Assembly: GCF_009834535.1 (NCBI RefSeq)
Contig: NC_045696.1
Coordinates: forward strand, 67,520,001-67,584,000
Length of the DNA: 64,000 bases
Origin: Camelus ferus
Taxonomy: Eukaryota
Direction: 5' to 3'
The notes beneath the pieces are model-generated. The model did not search any database. It was given only the letters and a program-made list of their open reading frames with translations, and was not told where the DNA came from. Made by a program: the position numbers and the translations under genes. Of this stretch, positions 12,872-25,164 are shown piece by piece (the stretch's first letter is position 1; each line of letters begins with the position of its first letter).

Positions 12872-13493
12872 ATATATTCAGAGGGAACTCTACTTTGAAA
12901 AGATACATGCACCTCAATGTTCATAATAGCACTATTTATAATATCTAAGACATGGAAACAACCTAAATGTCTATCGATGGATGACTGGATAAAGAAGCTG
13001 TGGTATGTTTATACAACAGAATACTACTCAGCCATAAAAAAGGATAAAATGACACCATTGGCAGCAACATGGTTCGACCTGGAGATCATCATTCTAAGTG
13101 AAGTAAGCCAGAAAGAGAAAGAGAAATACCATATAATATCACTCATATGTGGGGTCTAAAAAAAGAAAAAAGAGGACACTAATGAACTCATCTGCAAAAC
13201 AGAAACAGACTCATAGACACAGTAAACAATCTTATGGTTACCGGGGGAAAGGAGGTGGGGAAGGGATAAATTGGGAGTGCAAGACTGTGAATATTAACTA
13301 GTATATATAAAATGGATAAACGACCAGTTTCTTCTGTATGGCACAGGGAACTATATTCAATATCTCGTAGTAACCTATAATGAAAAAGAATATGAAAACG
13401 AATATATGTATGTATATATATGATTGAAACATTATGCTGTACACCAGAAATAACTGATGCATTGTAAACTGACTATAATTCAATTCAAAAAAA
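12872..13493 (+). mobile_element. 5'-truncated artiodactyl/camelid-type L1 (ORF2 C-terminus plus 3' UTR)
   Basis: ORF 12917-13159 (MFIIALFIISKTWKQPKC...WIKKLWYVYTTEYYSAIKK) is the L1 ORF2p C-terminus; 3' UTR gcacagggaactatattcaatatct; A-rich tail. Confidence 0.95.
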
Positions 13494-13611
13494 TATTCAA
13501 GCAAGACTTTCACAGAAAAAGACAGACTATCTAACCTGCACCTAAGCCTTTGTGCAAGACTGTTCCCCTCTCAAGAAAGCTATTCTGGTATAAGGTTTAC
13601 AGTTTTCTCTC

Positions 13612-13704
13612 TGTGTGTGTGTGTGTGTGTGTGTGTAGTGTGTATGTATAGATATATACATATATATGTATGTGTATATATATATATACATATACACATA
13701 TGCA

Positions 13705-13740
<36 letters not shown>
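13612..13740. repeat. Compound microsatellite (TG)n-(TA-rich)-(CA)n
   Basis: Seen directly. Confidence 0.95.
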
Positions 13741-13742
<2 letters not shown>

Positions 13743-13892
13743 CTATGATGGGGGATTTACTTTGGAGGGATTTCACATTGACATAAGAAAGAATTTCCTG
13801 TACATATGGTCCCCAATTTTAGACACAATGCATTCCTGGAAATTGTATCATAAAGCAGATCACCAGAAGGGAAAGCTGTGATTGTGCCTGCT

Positions 13893-13975
13893 TCTTTCAT
13901 TCAACAAACATCTACTGAATGCCCACTGTGTCCCAGGCACAATGACAAGCTTGGTCCCATTCACATGGTCTTAAA
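13893..13975 (-). mobile_element. L2 3' fragment
   Basis: tcattcaacaaacatctactgaatgcccactgtgtcccaggcac. Confidence 0.75.
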
Positions 13976-14744
13976 AACGAGCCATGCATCAGGCAGGATG
14001 AGACCACAAGAACAGAATTAAGTGTTTAGGAGGCTGTGCCAAATGAAAGAGCAGCAGAGTGGTGAAGAGTAGGGACCACCAGGACACTCTTTGAACCACT
14101 GAATTTGGAACTGAATCATACACTACCCTAAACCATGACTTTCCAAGCGGACAATCAGCTTCCATGTGAAACTCAGGTGACCCAAGACCCCGTGGAATGT
14201 CACCGCTCCCATCAATCTGCTGCTCCCTCTTATCACTCTTGACCCATTTCTCCCAGAATTTGGTTCAGACCTTCCTGATGCCCGAAGCCTCCAAATTCAG
14301 GCTCACTTCTCCTAGTCTAAATAGACAGCCTTAACTTTCTATATCAGAGAAGACAGCATTCATATGACACATTCCCCAATATTTTTCCACTTCACCTCAA
14401 AGAGTCCTTTGTCATTTCGTGAGCTGTGTTTTTTTTCTCAGAGGAGAAAGTAGCCAATCATTTCCAAGATAACCTGGTCAGTTAGAAGGGACTCTTTTAA
14501 TGCCAAAGTTCAATGCTTCTAAAACTCAGGGCAGTTCTGTATTAAGTTCTGAGTCTTTAGGAAGAGCAGAAAACAGCCATTCCTTTTAATGCCAGAAAGA
14601 AATGAGGCACCAGAGAGCAATTAGGGAGCTCCTACTCTCCTTCCAGTGAAAAAGGCAGCCCACATAGAAAGGAATCAATAGGTCACTCAATATATTCCCA
14701 AGGTAAAACCTGGATTAATGCCAGGTTTAAGGATGTTTCCTGAA

Positions 14745-15150
14745 ATCTTAATGTATAAGAATAGAGGAATAAATAAATCGTGGTGTAATCATGTAGTACA
14801 AAAGTTACACAACTGTTAAGAACTAGGTTCTTAGAGAATATTCTTCAGAATATATGGGAAAATGTGCCTGGAAATAAGAGAGATTTGGAATAAGCACACA
14901 CACACATTATAACCAATTTACACCTAAATATGTAAATATGTATTTAGTATAAGCATAAATATATAAATTTTATGTAATATATAAAGATAAAGATCATATA
15001 CGTAATATACCTGACTGCAATTTTGTTTTTAAAAAAAGGTAAAAAAAGATTAGCACGGGAGCTATTCCAAAGTGTTTATAGTAATTAGTGAATTATGGAA
15101 TTATATGTGATTTGAAATTTCCTTGTGTTTTAAAAAATGTGTTTCTGTAA
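14745..15150 (+). mobile_element. Old L1ME-like 3' fragment
   Basis: aataaataaatcgtggtgtaatcatgtagtac...ccaaagtgtttatagtaatt. Confidence 0.5.
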
Positions 15151-15189
15151 AAAAAAAAATGGTGACCATCATAATAAAAAAGGTTTAAG

Positions 15190-15333
15190 CCACTAATTCC
15201 CCACACTGGGATCACTTAGAGAGCATTAAAAAATACTAATGCCTGCCTAGAACTCACCTCCATGTGGCCTGGGTATCAGGACTTTAAAAGCACCCAGGTA
15301 ATTCTAATGTTCAGCTATCACTTGGAACCACTG
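15190..15333 (+). mobile_element. MER5A-like hAT-Charlie element
   Basis: atcacttagagagcattaaaaaatactaatgcctg...cccaggtaattctaatgttcagc...ggaaccactg. Confidence 0.8.
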
Positions 15334-16598
15334 TTTTAAAAATGTTTCTTTTCAACCATTTGCTTTATTTATTTTTAAATATATCTGTTCAAAAAGAATT
15401 TGACTTGTAGTACAAGTAAAAGTAACATGCATTAGGATCATTGCAATTAAAATCTGAAAAAAAAAATGAGACTAAGGAGAGTAATGAAAGAGAGAACTGT
15501 ACCAGAAACTTAAAAAGAACAGTGACAATAGCACAGCATCAAGTTTAGGCTGGAGCTTCCTGGTGGCCAGAACAAAGGAAATTTAATATAAAAGAAAAAT
15601 AATGAATTTCTATGACAGAAGCCTACAGCTAAATTCTAGGAGAAAATCACCTTGCACATTTAAAAAATGACTTGGACATTGTGGAAAACATCTTTAACAA
15701 CAGTTTCTCAAAAAATAGAGACACCTTTTCTTATAAAAGTTTCTTACACCGACTTACCATAAAAGCCAAAGATAAAAATAAAAGCAAAATATAAAGTGTT
15801 AGATTTTAATTTTGTGAAACATTTCAGTGGCCAAATGAGCTAAATGGTCTGGACTTATTATATATGATAATGTATAATTTATTTCTAATAATATATAATT
15901 TATTTCTAATAAAAAAGCTTATTCAAGAACATAGAAGACTAAAATGTGTATCCTTTTCATTGAACTTCCATATATCTGTAACACAGAAGTTAATTTCTCA
16001 GTTTAGCACTTCCTGATATGTAAATTGGCCAGATTTAGGAGATTTAAGTTGGGGATAAATTGGGGAGTGGGGTGTCATGGGGAGATGCAAATACAGACAG
16101 AGAATGTAATAATTCACATCAGCAAATATGAAAGTAGGTTTTTGGGAAAGAATATTCAATGTGAACTTTTGAGAACTGCTCTCCACCACTTATATGAATT
16201 GGCTCACTCAGATTCAAATGGCTGTAAACAAAATTAGACGTGTGTCCTTTTTTCAGTGGTAATTTCCAAAATATATTTATAAACATTTGACTTGAAATAA
16301 GTTGAACATTTCAACTCGAGTCTCCTCTGATCTTTATTCAGTTGCACACGCACACACATGCACGAACTGTGCACATACCCCTCCCACACATACACACACA
16401 AGTTTACAGGACAGCAAAACACACCAGGGAGTACAGTAAGGAAGTTCCAGGGAGGAAAATTTTTTACCTTTAACACACAGAAGCAATGGTTTATTGCTAA
16501 CAGTACTTAATGTGAGGGCTTTAGAAATGTGCTTACTGCACTTCCTTGGGAGAATCTGCTAAAACCAACCTGACCGGTAAGATGGCCCAAGAGCCCCA

Positions 16599-16945
16599 CT
16601 TCCTTCCTTCCTCTCTTCCTCCCTCCCTCCCTCTTTCTTTTTCTTACCTCTTTCTTTTTCCCTTCCCTTCCCTTCCCCTCCCTTCTTTTTCCTTCCGTAA
16701 GGCGGGAGAAGGCAGGGGCGCTCCCTCCCGAGACTCTTTTGTTTCTTCCTTCCATTCCTCCTTCCTCCTGCCTTTTCTTTTTTTTTCTTTCTTTCTTGTC
16801 TTCTTATCTCTTTCTTTCTTCTTTCTTCTTTCTGCTTCTCTTTCGTCTTCTTTCTGTCTTATTTCTTCTCTTCCTCTTTCCCTTTCTTTCTTTCTTCTTT
16901 CTTTTTCTTTCTTTCTTTCTTTCTTTCTTCTTCCTTTCATCTCTA
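16599..16945. repeat. Long polypyrimidine low-complexity tract (CCTT/CTTT/CTT units)
   Basis: Seen directly; nearly purine-free on + apart from 16697-16733. Confidence 0.95.
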
Positions 16946-17734
16946 CAATTTAATCTCTTTAGGCTTTTAAACTGATGGCTGGCAGAGTTAGTTGATTAAA
17001 ATCCAGGTTTGGTCATGCTTCTCCACTTCCTGTTGACCCCTGAAGGTCAGCACACCAGTCGAGACCCTCACTGAACCAGCCCTAAATGGTCTTCCTACCT
17101 CTATTTCCTACTTCTGTTCCTTTGTGTTCCTGCTGGCTGCATAATCACCACCCGTGTGTTGATCTTTTCCACCTCCACACCTTGGCTCAGCTTCTTCAGT
17201 CTTTCTCCTTCTTTCCACCCAACATTCTGTGTAGAAGTTTCTTCTGTCTTTAACACCCAGTTCCCACCTCCTCTCCAAAGTATTCCCTGTGTACCCCGTT
17301 AGAATGAATCCCATTCTCACCCAATGTTACATTTCTATTATAACACCCTTCAAATTCAACTTTTTTTTTTTTTGGTAAACAACTTAAGTTTTTTCCTTCC
17401 TCTTACAAACTCCCAAAAGGCCAACCCTATCATGTGGGGTTTTGTAGCCCCTATAGGTATTTAGTACATATTTTTTAAAGAAATGTACTTGGGTTTTTAA
17501 AACCAGACTAATCAAATAGAGTCATAGAGGAATAAATAGAGATGGCAAAAATTTCATAAATTACACATATATAGAAATAACACATGTGCTGCCACTCTTT
17601 AGAGATGAAGGCAAACAAATTCTTAAACTTAGCTTCAACTGAATTCTCATGACAATTATCTTCATGGCAAATGACCTTCTCTTCCTACAACCCAAGCTGG
17701 GTTGGGAAAAAATGCTGACTGTACAAGGATGGGA

Positions 17735-17965
17735 AGGAAGCTGGCATGTATTATGTGTTTACAAGGAGTCATGCACTTCACATACATAATCCAAAGGTAA
17801 CACTGCAAGGAAAAAACTTAACCCCATCTTCCTTTTTTATTTGAAGAAACTGAAACTAAGAAAGGTAAAAAATTTGCCCAAGGCCACACTGCTAGAAAAC
17901 AGTATAAACCCTGGGCTATGGAAGCAAAAAAAAATCTGTAGTCTGTCCACTCCACCTAGCTGCCT
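17735..17965 (-). mobile_element. MIR SINE
   Basis: tgaagaaactgaaactaagaaaggtaaaaaatttgcccaaggccacactgctag. Confidence 0.8.
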
Positions 17966-19654
17966 CTCACGTACACCTAGTTAAGAATTTAGCCGAAGAA
18001 GAAAAAGGGAATGATTCTCATTTTACCTTTTCTTTTTGTAGCACTTTAGAGCAACACCTGTCCAATCGACATGGAACCACAAAACCCTGGCATTTGATTA
18101 GAGACGTAAGGGGAAAAATAGCTCAGGAGAGAAAACAGCAATAGAAAGAATTACAGCACTCAGAAGAGCCTGAGAATTATTACAGTGAGGACGCCTAGTG
18201 ACATCGGCTATTAAATAGCTCTGTTGGATTACACGCATTGTATGTTACTATGCACAAAAAAGCATCAGTAGAGGTGCTAGAAAAACAAGAAAGATCACTG
18301 ATTAGAAGTCATGAAACTTAGATTTCACACAGAAAACCATGGACTTGGCTGTGGTATCTTGTCTTTTCCTTTGCTGAGTGGCTGCTGCTGCCCATTTGTT
18401 CAATAAAGGGGTTGATTACATGATTTCCAATGCACCCTTTGGTTCTAACATCCTGTGAGCCTGAGGCTACCAACTGATACACCAACAAGATCTCACTCAC
18501 AATGAAGACGGACTCTGCGCATGCCCGCACGCTGAACATGATTTGATGTGCATCAAATTATGAGCCACACCACTTTCCTAAAGCTATCAGCTCATCGTTG
18601 ATGCTAAGTTAAGAATCAGAAGGAAGACCAAGAACGTAAATTCCTAAAGTAGGCGTCTGCAGGTGATTTCCTCACTGCTGTCCTTTGAAGGGAGCCCAGA
18701 CAGCTCACCGCACTGTAGCATCTGCGTCTCCACTTCCGGTTAGGATTTGGAATTTCAGTTGTGAGACAAACACAGGATCTGGTTTTCCACTTTTGTTCTA
18801 TATACAAAGTGAAGTTACCACCGTTTCGAATTCAAGGAGAACTCCTCTCCATCCCACAAGCCCACAAGAATTCTAACAGGGCTGGGTTTTGTTTTGGGCT
18901 AGGGAGGGGCAGGAGAAGGAGCAGGAGCAGGATCGGGAAAAAATACTCGTAAAATGGAAGAAGGTGTGATTTGTTGCAGAAGAGGGATGAGCTGCCAGGA
19001 GCAGCAAGGATGGAAAAACCTGGCATCCTCACTGAAACAGCTGCAGATGCGGCACCTAGTTTGTTATATTCATGTATATATCTCGACAGCACAGAGCTAA
19101 GTGCTTTAGCAGCCCTTTAGAAGTCTGAAAATGGGTTTTCCATTCATTCAGAGCTATACATTGGCGCAAGCTAGCTCTTGTTCGGGAAGGTCATCTGGGA
19201 GGTCACGGCCCATTGTACACCAGAGTCTGCATCAAACTTTGCTAAAGCTCTGGGAAAGCAGGGGAAGTGCTGCTGGGAGGATCTGCGGAACTGTACCAAC
19301 ATCTCCTCCAACCACACCACCCTGGTAGCCAATGCCCATAACACAGGTCATTCTTACAAACGGTTGCAAATAATGAAGAGATGACAGGAAATGGGCTTAC
19401 GTGCCCTAAAGACTTTGTGTTGGTTTCTGTATTAGTTCATTTCAAATTTATTTGAAAACAGTCTTGTGTTTTCAAGACGCCACATTTCCCCCTCTCCATT
19501 ATTTACTAATGCCTGTCTCCATGCTACAATCCAAGAAGCAGGGCACTGCTTGCTTCTCACGGCTCAGTTTTGAAGGAGAAAAAAGATTGAGAGTGGCTTT
19601 TCTTTTATCAATGAAGAAGTTGTTACCAATGTTTTATTGCAATACTTTTGGTAC

Positions 19655-20060
19655 CCCTACTGGGTGCTTAGCACTATGCTAAGTGTTGGGGATTACGTAA
19701 GATTTTTACCATATTCTGGAACACAAAATGAGTTATTTCATATATCAGTCTCAGCGCTGCAAATACATTCAAGCTTTGTTCATGTCCCAGCAAGTAGATT
19801 AAAACAAAAACAAACAGCAACATTAATTTGTTTGACACTGAAGCCAAATGGCATCAGATTTAGAAAAGGAGATCTCAGAAAAAGGTTTCATTTATACTGA
19901 TTTGAATATATGTAGAGGAAGGTATAAGCTCTGCCTGATTTAGGAGGTGGAATTGGAAGAGAAAGTCAGAAAGACTTCCCAGGGAACGAGGAGATATTTT
20001 GAGTTCCAGCTTAGTTAAAGAGAGATAGCAAAGACTATATGAGGTAGAAAAGCACCTATG
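19655..20060 (-). mobile_element. L2 fragments
   Basis: cctactgggtgcttagcactatgctaagtgttgggga; agtcagaaagacttcccaggg. Confidence 0.55.
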
Positions 20061-23000
20061 GGACATTTTATTGACTTATATTAAACTTATTTTATTATTT
20101 AATCATGTTAATCATTGTTCTGATTTCATATCAATGATCTCACTAGAAGACAAGGTCAAAAGTGGGCAGAAATTTTACTTATTTCAAATTTAAAAACCTC
20201 ACAAAACTAAAAAGTCATATAGTCAGGATAGAGATCCATCTTTTTTTTTTCCTTGTGAAATTTACTTTTGGATTCTTTCTGAACACAGTGGACATAAGTG
20301 ATAGGTGGATGCTTCCCTGTGGCCCCTAGGAGCCTGCCTGCAGCCCACCATTGGTCCAAGGCAGAGAAAGTGGCTAGTCTACCCTGAACAGTTGCCAGAG
20401 GAACAGCCAGTGGTTTACAACATTACGGTCTGATCAGAGTGAAATAGACTGACCCTGTCACAATGCCAGGAGAAGACTAGCTGCTTGGAAAATCACAAAT
20501 GCTTATCCAGTCTTCTTTCAAAACATGCATGCATTCAACAACAGAAAATCCACACTGCCATATACAACCATGAAAACAACTGCTGTTTTCAACAAATCCA
20601 CTGCAGAGTCCTGGCCTAAACATAAAAGTCAATTACTGCTTCTCTGTTTTTTAAAGAACTTAGAGTCCCCTCTTATTTTGTCTCATTCAGAGATATAATC
20701 TTAAGCCCAGAGTTAGATTATTTTAACCAACATCGACCAGAAGGGAAATGAGCCTATGTTGAAGTACTTTAATAGCAAACCTATACCTGGCTGTGTAGCC
20801 CTCGAACATCTTGGCTTTCCTTAGAAAATACTTGTGGGAATAGATGCAAAGTCTAGTTATGCCTCTATCACATCAGAATATTTATTGAAATACCAGAAAA
20901 GTTATCCAGGTGGCTTAGGAGTTGTCTTCAGTACAAGGGGTAGGGTTGGGTTTGAAATAAAATCCAAACGGCATAATGAAGCTTTGTTATCCATATGGTG
21001 GCCATCAGAATTCAGAGTTAGGGGCACTAAATTCTAGTCGACTGAATACATACTTATTAATAACTGCCTGGATCTTTGCAGATGATTAATATCTGTTGGG
21101 TGATTTTCATAACAGCTAATGTTCTTTAAGCTCTTAGTGGGTGTTAGGCACTGCCTGGCAAGTATTTTCTTACTGAATCCTCACAATTACCTAAAGGAAG
21201 GAAGACATATTATCAGCATTATTTCAGTCTTCCAAGAGCTTACAAAGTAGTCTACATCTTAGTGCGTATGTGTGTGCGTATGCACATTAGAGTGAAAAAG
21301 GGATGGAGAATACACTGTAGAATCAAACTAAAATGGAGTCACTTACATCACGGACAACATGAAGATGGTCAACACAGATGCAAAAAGGAAACTTCACCTA
21401 ACCTTATAGGAATTTATAGCTCTTCTCAGAAATCAGCACAGAACACCAGCCAATCTCCAAATGCCAAGTCTGTTCACAGCATCTCTGGACCTCCCTGTCC
21501 CCCTGGCTCAGCTACCCTGATCCAAATAAGAAAGAAGGCCACTAGGCAACCAATCAGCTGAAAAAGCCAAATAACTTCCACATTTATCCCCAAAAAATGC
21601 CTTAGCCTGCGAATAACTTGGGACTCATTGGTCTTGTAGCCTTGAGCTTCCCCAGCCGCAAGTCAAAAGCCTTGTAATAAACTCACATTTCTGCTTTGTT
21701 TTATTCAATGTGCAGAGTTTGGCTCTGACAACATATGTGGACAGTCAAATCTCATCCAAGCCAGAAAGAATCTACCGCAAGTGAGGAAGGCAGAACTGGG
21801 GTAAAACAGAGGAATTCTAATCCCACTTGACCCAGGAGAAGCCACTTAATTTATCTGGAAGGGAATATGGGGAATCCAGGTGAGCGGGCAGTTAAGTGAA
21901 GTTTCAATTCAAAGTGAATAGAAATGTTTAATCCTTTAACCTAGCGCCATTTCCGTAAGAGTGGACTGTAATACTATGAGGGTATAATAGAGAAAGAGGG
22001 AAGGGAGATTTTACATTTACTCCTGGGGTACTAATTATCTTCACCTCTACTTCTGAGCTGAGTCAGTGCCATACAATGATACTGGGAAAGTGAGGTTGTA
22101 GAATTGTTCCCAAGCTGACTCCTTATTGTGGCTAGTCTTCCCAGTCACCATCTCAGTGTACACTTTTGGACACCTTCCCACGTACTCAATGAGAAAGCTA
22201 GACCAGATGACCTCCCTGGTGAAGGCCAGTGAGCATCTCCTCAGGTGATATTGGGATGCACTGCCCATGACAGACAGTAAATGCTTGCTTTGCTAACCAA
22301 AATCCCTCGGAGAACTAGCTCCTTTAAAATAAGCTGCATTTTGCTCAAGTGAGCCAAACTCTGCAGCAGCATTAACCCTGTGGAGCCTGGCGGTTCCAAG
22401 AGGCAAGGTGTAGCCTTGTGTGATATCTAGAGTTATTCAGCTGAGAGCTTATAAATGCAATTAGAAGAGGATCTAGAACTGCCTGACACACAGTAGGCAT
22501 CAAAGGGTACACTGAGTGAACAAATGAGTACTGATTAAGAATTCACTACTATTAGCCTTTTAACTTAACAGTGACCTCCTTTTCTCTTTTGATATCAAAT
22601 AAACAATCATAATAATGGTAATGATTTAATAGATCACTGATATGATTAAATAAAAGCTGGCAGGCAAACTCTCGGCACAAAAACTAGCAAAAAATAAAGT
22701 ATGCAGTAGGCGATATTATTGAAGAACCCAGAGGGACATGCATGATTGAATAAATGGGTGTTGGTGTTACTGCAATTAAATAGGTAAAGTATTTGTTAAT
22801 CTCACTGGAGGCGAAGTTCGTGCATCTAAGACTATATGCAGGTATAATTCCTATTATTCAAAGGCCATTTTTAAATTTAATTCATGAACGCCATATATAT
22901 CTGGGTGGCACAAGTCTTTGAGCTTTCAGTGCTACATCTGTTGCCGGGACTGGCTCTAGATATTGAGGGAAATGACAGAAAACTTCACACTGATTCAGAG

Positions 23001-24019
23001 GCTATGTTTTGTTCATAACCACCCACCAACTCCCCTATTCGTCTGGGTTTATTCTCTTCTTCCTCTGCCCTCATTCACTGATTGATACTTTCATTTAAAT
23101 AGAAAACATCAAGGACACTAAGAGAAGTATAAATTTTTCTCTTGAGTCAAACCTGTACCTGGAACATTAGCTGTCTGGAGTAAAATTTGTTAGATATAAT
23201 ATACAAAAACACTAAAATATAATTGGCTCTTAGAAGTGAAGGAAATCCTAAAAATTGCCCGTAAATAAGAGAAAAAAAATGTCACTCTGGGGTTAGCCTT
23301 TTGAATTATTTAATAATCACATATACAAAGCAGACTCTAATCTACCTCATCAGTGAACATTTTGGAAACTATTTACTTGGTTTTTAAAATATAATCTTGA
23401 AAAAGTCCTCAACATGCACAAGAGAAGTGAAAAAATAAACACAGATGCAAAAGAAATGAACTGAATTGTGCTTTTTGGGATCCTCCTAGTCATCCTTGCA
23501 AAGTCCTTCAAAGTATACATTTAGATCTTTTTACATTCTGATTATATTCACCATTAAAACATTGGGTAAAATCCACCATTGCTACCCTTGTGGAATTGGA
23601 GGTTTATGCTATCTGTAAGAAATAAGCTTTCAGAATTCTCTGGTTGCATGAAGAATGTTGTTTGCCCACTGGCACTGCAAGCACCAATAAAAGGAATTGG
23701 GAAGCATTATAATGAAGAATTTTGTACCTGAAACACACAGAGGAAAAAGAGAGTAACCAGGATTCTCCAAGCTTTACTTTATTTTCTGTTGTCTAGATCA
23801 CCATCTGTATAAACTACACTTGGTTTTGACAACAAAAGATATTTACAAAGTATTTAAAAACTTGCTCACCCCTGCCCTTGAACAGGCCAGGGGGCATTTT
23901 AAGGGAATAAGAATTTCTACAATCACAAATGACACTACACAAGGTTTTGTGAAGAATAGAAAGATGAGAAAGACAATGTTCCACCACTCAGAACTTTGAA
24001 CGTAGCTGGGGAATTGCAG

Positions 24020-24140
24020 CAAGTACAATATCTCAGCTGAGTGCAACTCTGGGCAAGTCCCTTCCTTCCTCTGGGCTTTAGTTTTCTCATCTGTAAGTAA
24101 GATTAGTGGACCCAGTGATCCCTAAGGATCTGTGATTCCT
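24020..24140 (+). mobile_element. MIR fragment
   Basis: ctgggcaagtcccttccttcctctgggctttagttttctcatctgtaa. Confidence 0.8.
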
Positions 24141-24319
24141 TAATGAATGGTTCTAAGATTATTTTCTTCCAGGAATAAAAGCCCCAGATATCCTCAATAT
24201 TTCCTATAAAATACGGTCATATGTTTCGCTCCTGACATAATGACTCTAAATTCTATGAAATCTCAGAAGAAGATGATTCTAAGATCAAACCGATGTGGAT
24301 GATGCTGATGCTGAAGATG

Positions 24320-24500
24320 ATGGCAGCTAAGCTTTCTTGAGCACCTGAGATGTGCATGATGGTACATTATTTAATTTATGTTGCTTTTATGATTACTCAC
24401 ACTTTAAAGAGAGGAAGATGGAGTTTCACACAGCTAGGATGTGCAGAACTAGGATCCAAGCCCAAATTTCCAGATTCCAGCTCTTAGCTGATATTTATAT
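24320..24500 (-). mobile_element. MIR fragment
   Basis: gcagctaagctttcttgagcacc...cacacagctagg...gcagaactaggatccaagccca. Confidence 0.65.
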
Positions 24501-25127
24501 TACTATACTCGAAGATCCAAATCAAATGACGTGTTCTCCAATATGCTTTTCCTGATTTTCCCAGTCATGATTTCTCTCTTCCCACTCTTTTTTTTTTTTT
24601 TGTACAGAACTTGATCATATCTTATCTTTTAAGCTCCTCAATGGCAGTGACTTCTTCACCTTTCATTTCCTAAGTGTCTATTATGTAAAAGGTTCTCAGT
24701 TAACGTTTGAGTATGTGAATAGCCATGGATCTATCTATTTTAAAAGATGTCCTGTGGTCATTTAAGATGGGTGTACTTTTCTATAAGTTATACATCATGG
24801 AAACTTTTTATAAAATATTTTATCAAAATTATACATATATACCTTATAATGCATATATATACACATACTCTATAACCTATCAATTCTTGTATGTCTGTAT
24901 CTTACAGAAATATTTATATGTGTGCACCAAAAGACATGTGATCATAGAAGTATTACTTGTAGTAATGGACCCAACTCTAAATAATACAGATTTCTCTTAG
25001 TAATAGAAACAATTGTGGTATTTTTCATACAATGGAAAGCTATACACACGTGACGATGAATAAACTGACATGTATGGCTTCTGCATGAGATGAAGAAAGC
25101 TGGAAGGACCACTGCTATCATCCTTAT

Positions 25128-25153
25128 CACACACACACACACACACACACACA
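25128..25153. repeat. (CA)n microsatellite
   Basis: Seen directly. Confidence 0.95.
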
Positions 25154-25164
25154 AAACAAAATAT

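Noticed and set aside
15868..15912. 21-bp tandem duplication
   Set aside because: Two AT-rich units only; ordinary slippage, no spacer-repeat structure.
16507..16975. ORFs rich in Phe/Ser/Leu or Lys/Glu/Arg
   Set aside because: Translations of the polypyrimidine tract.
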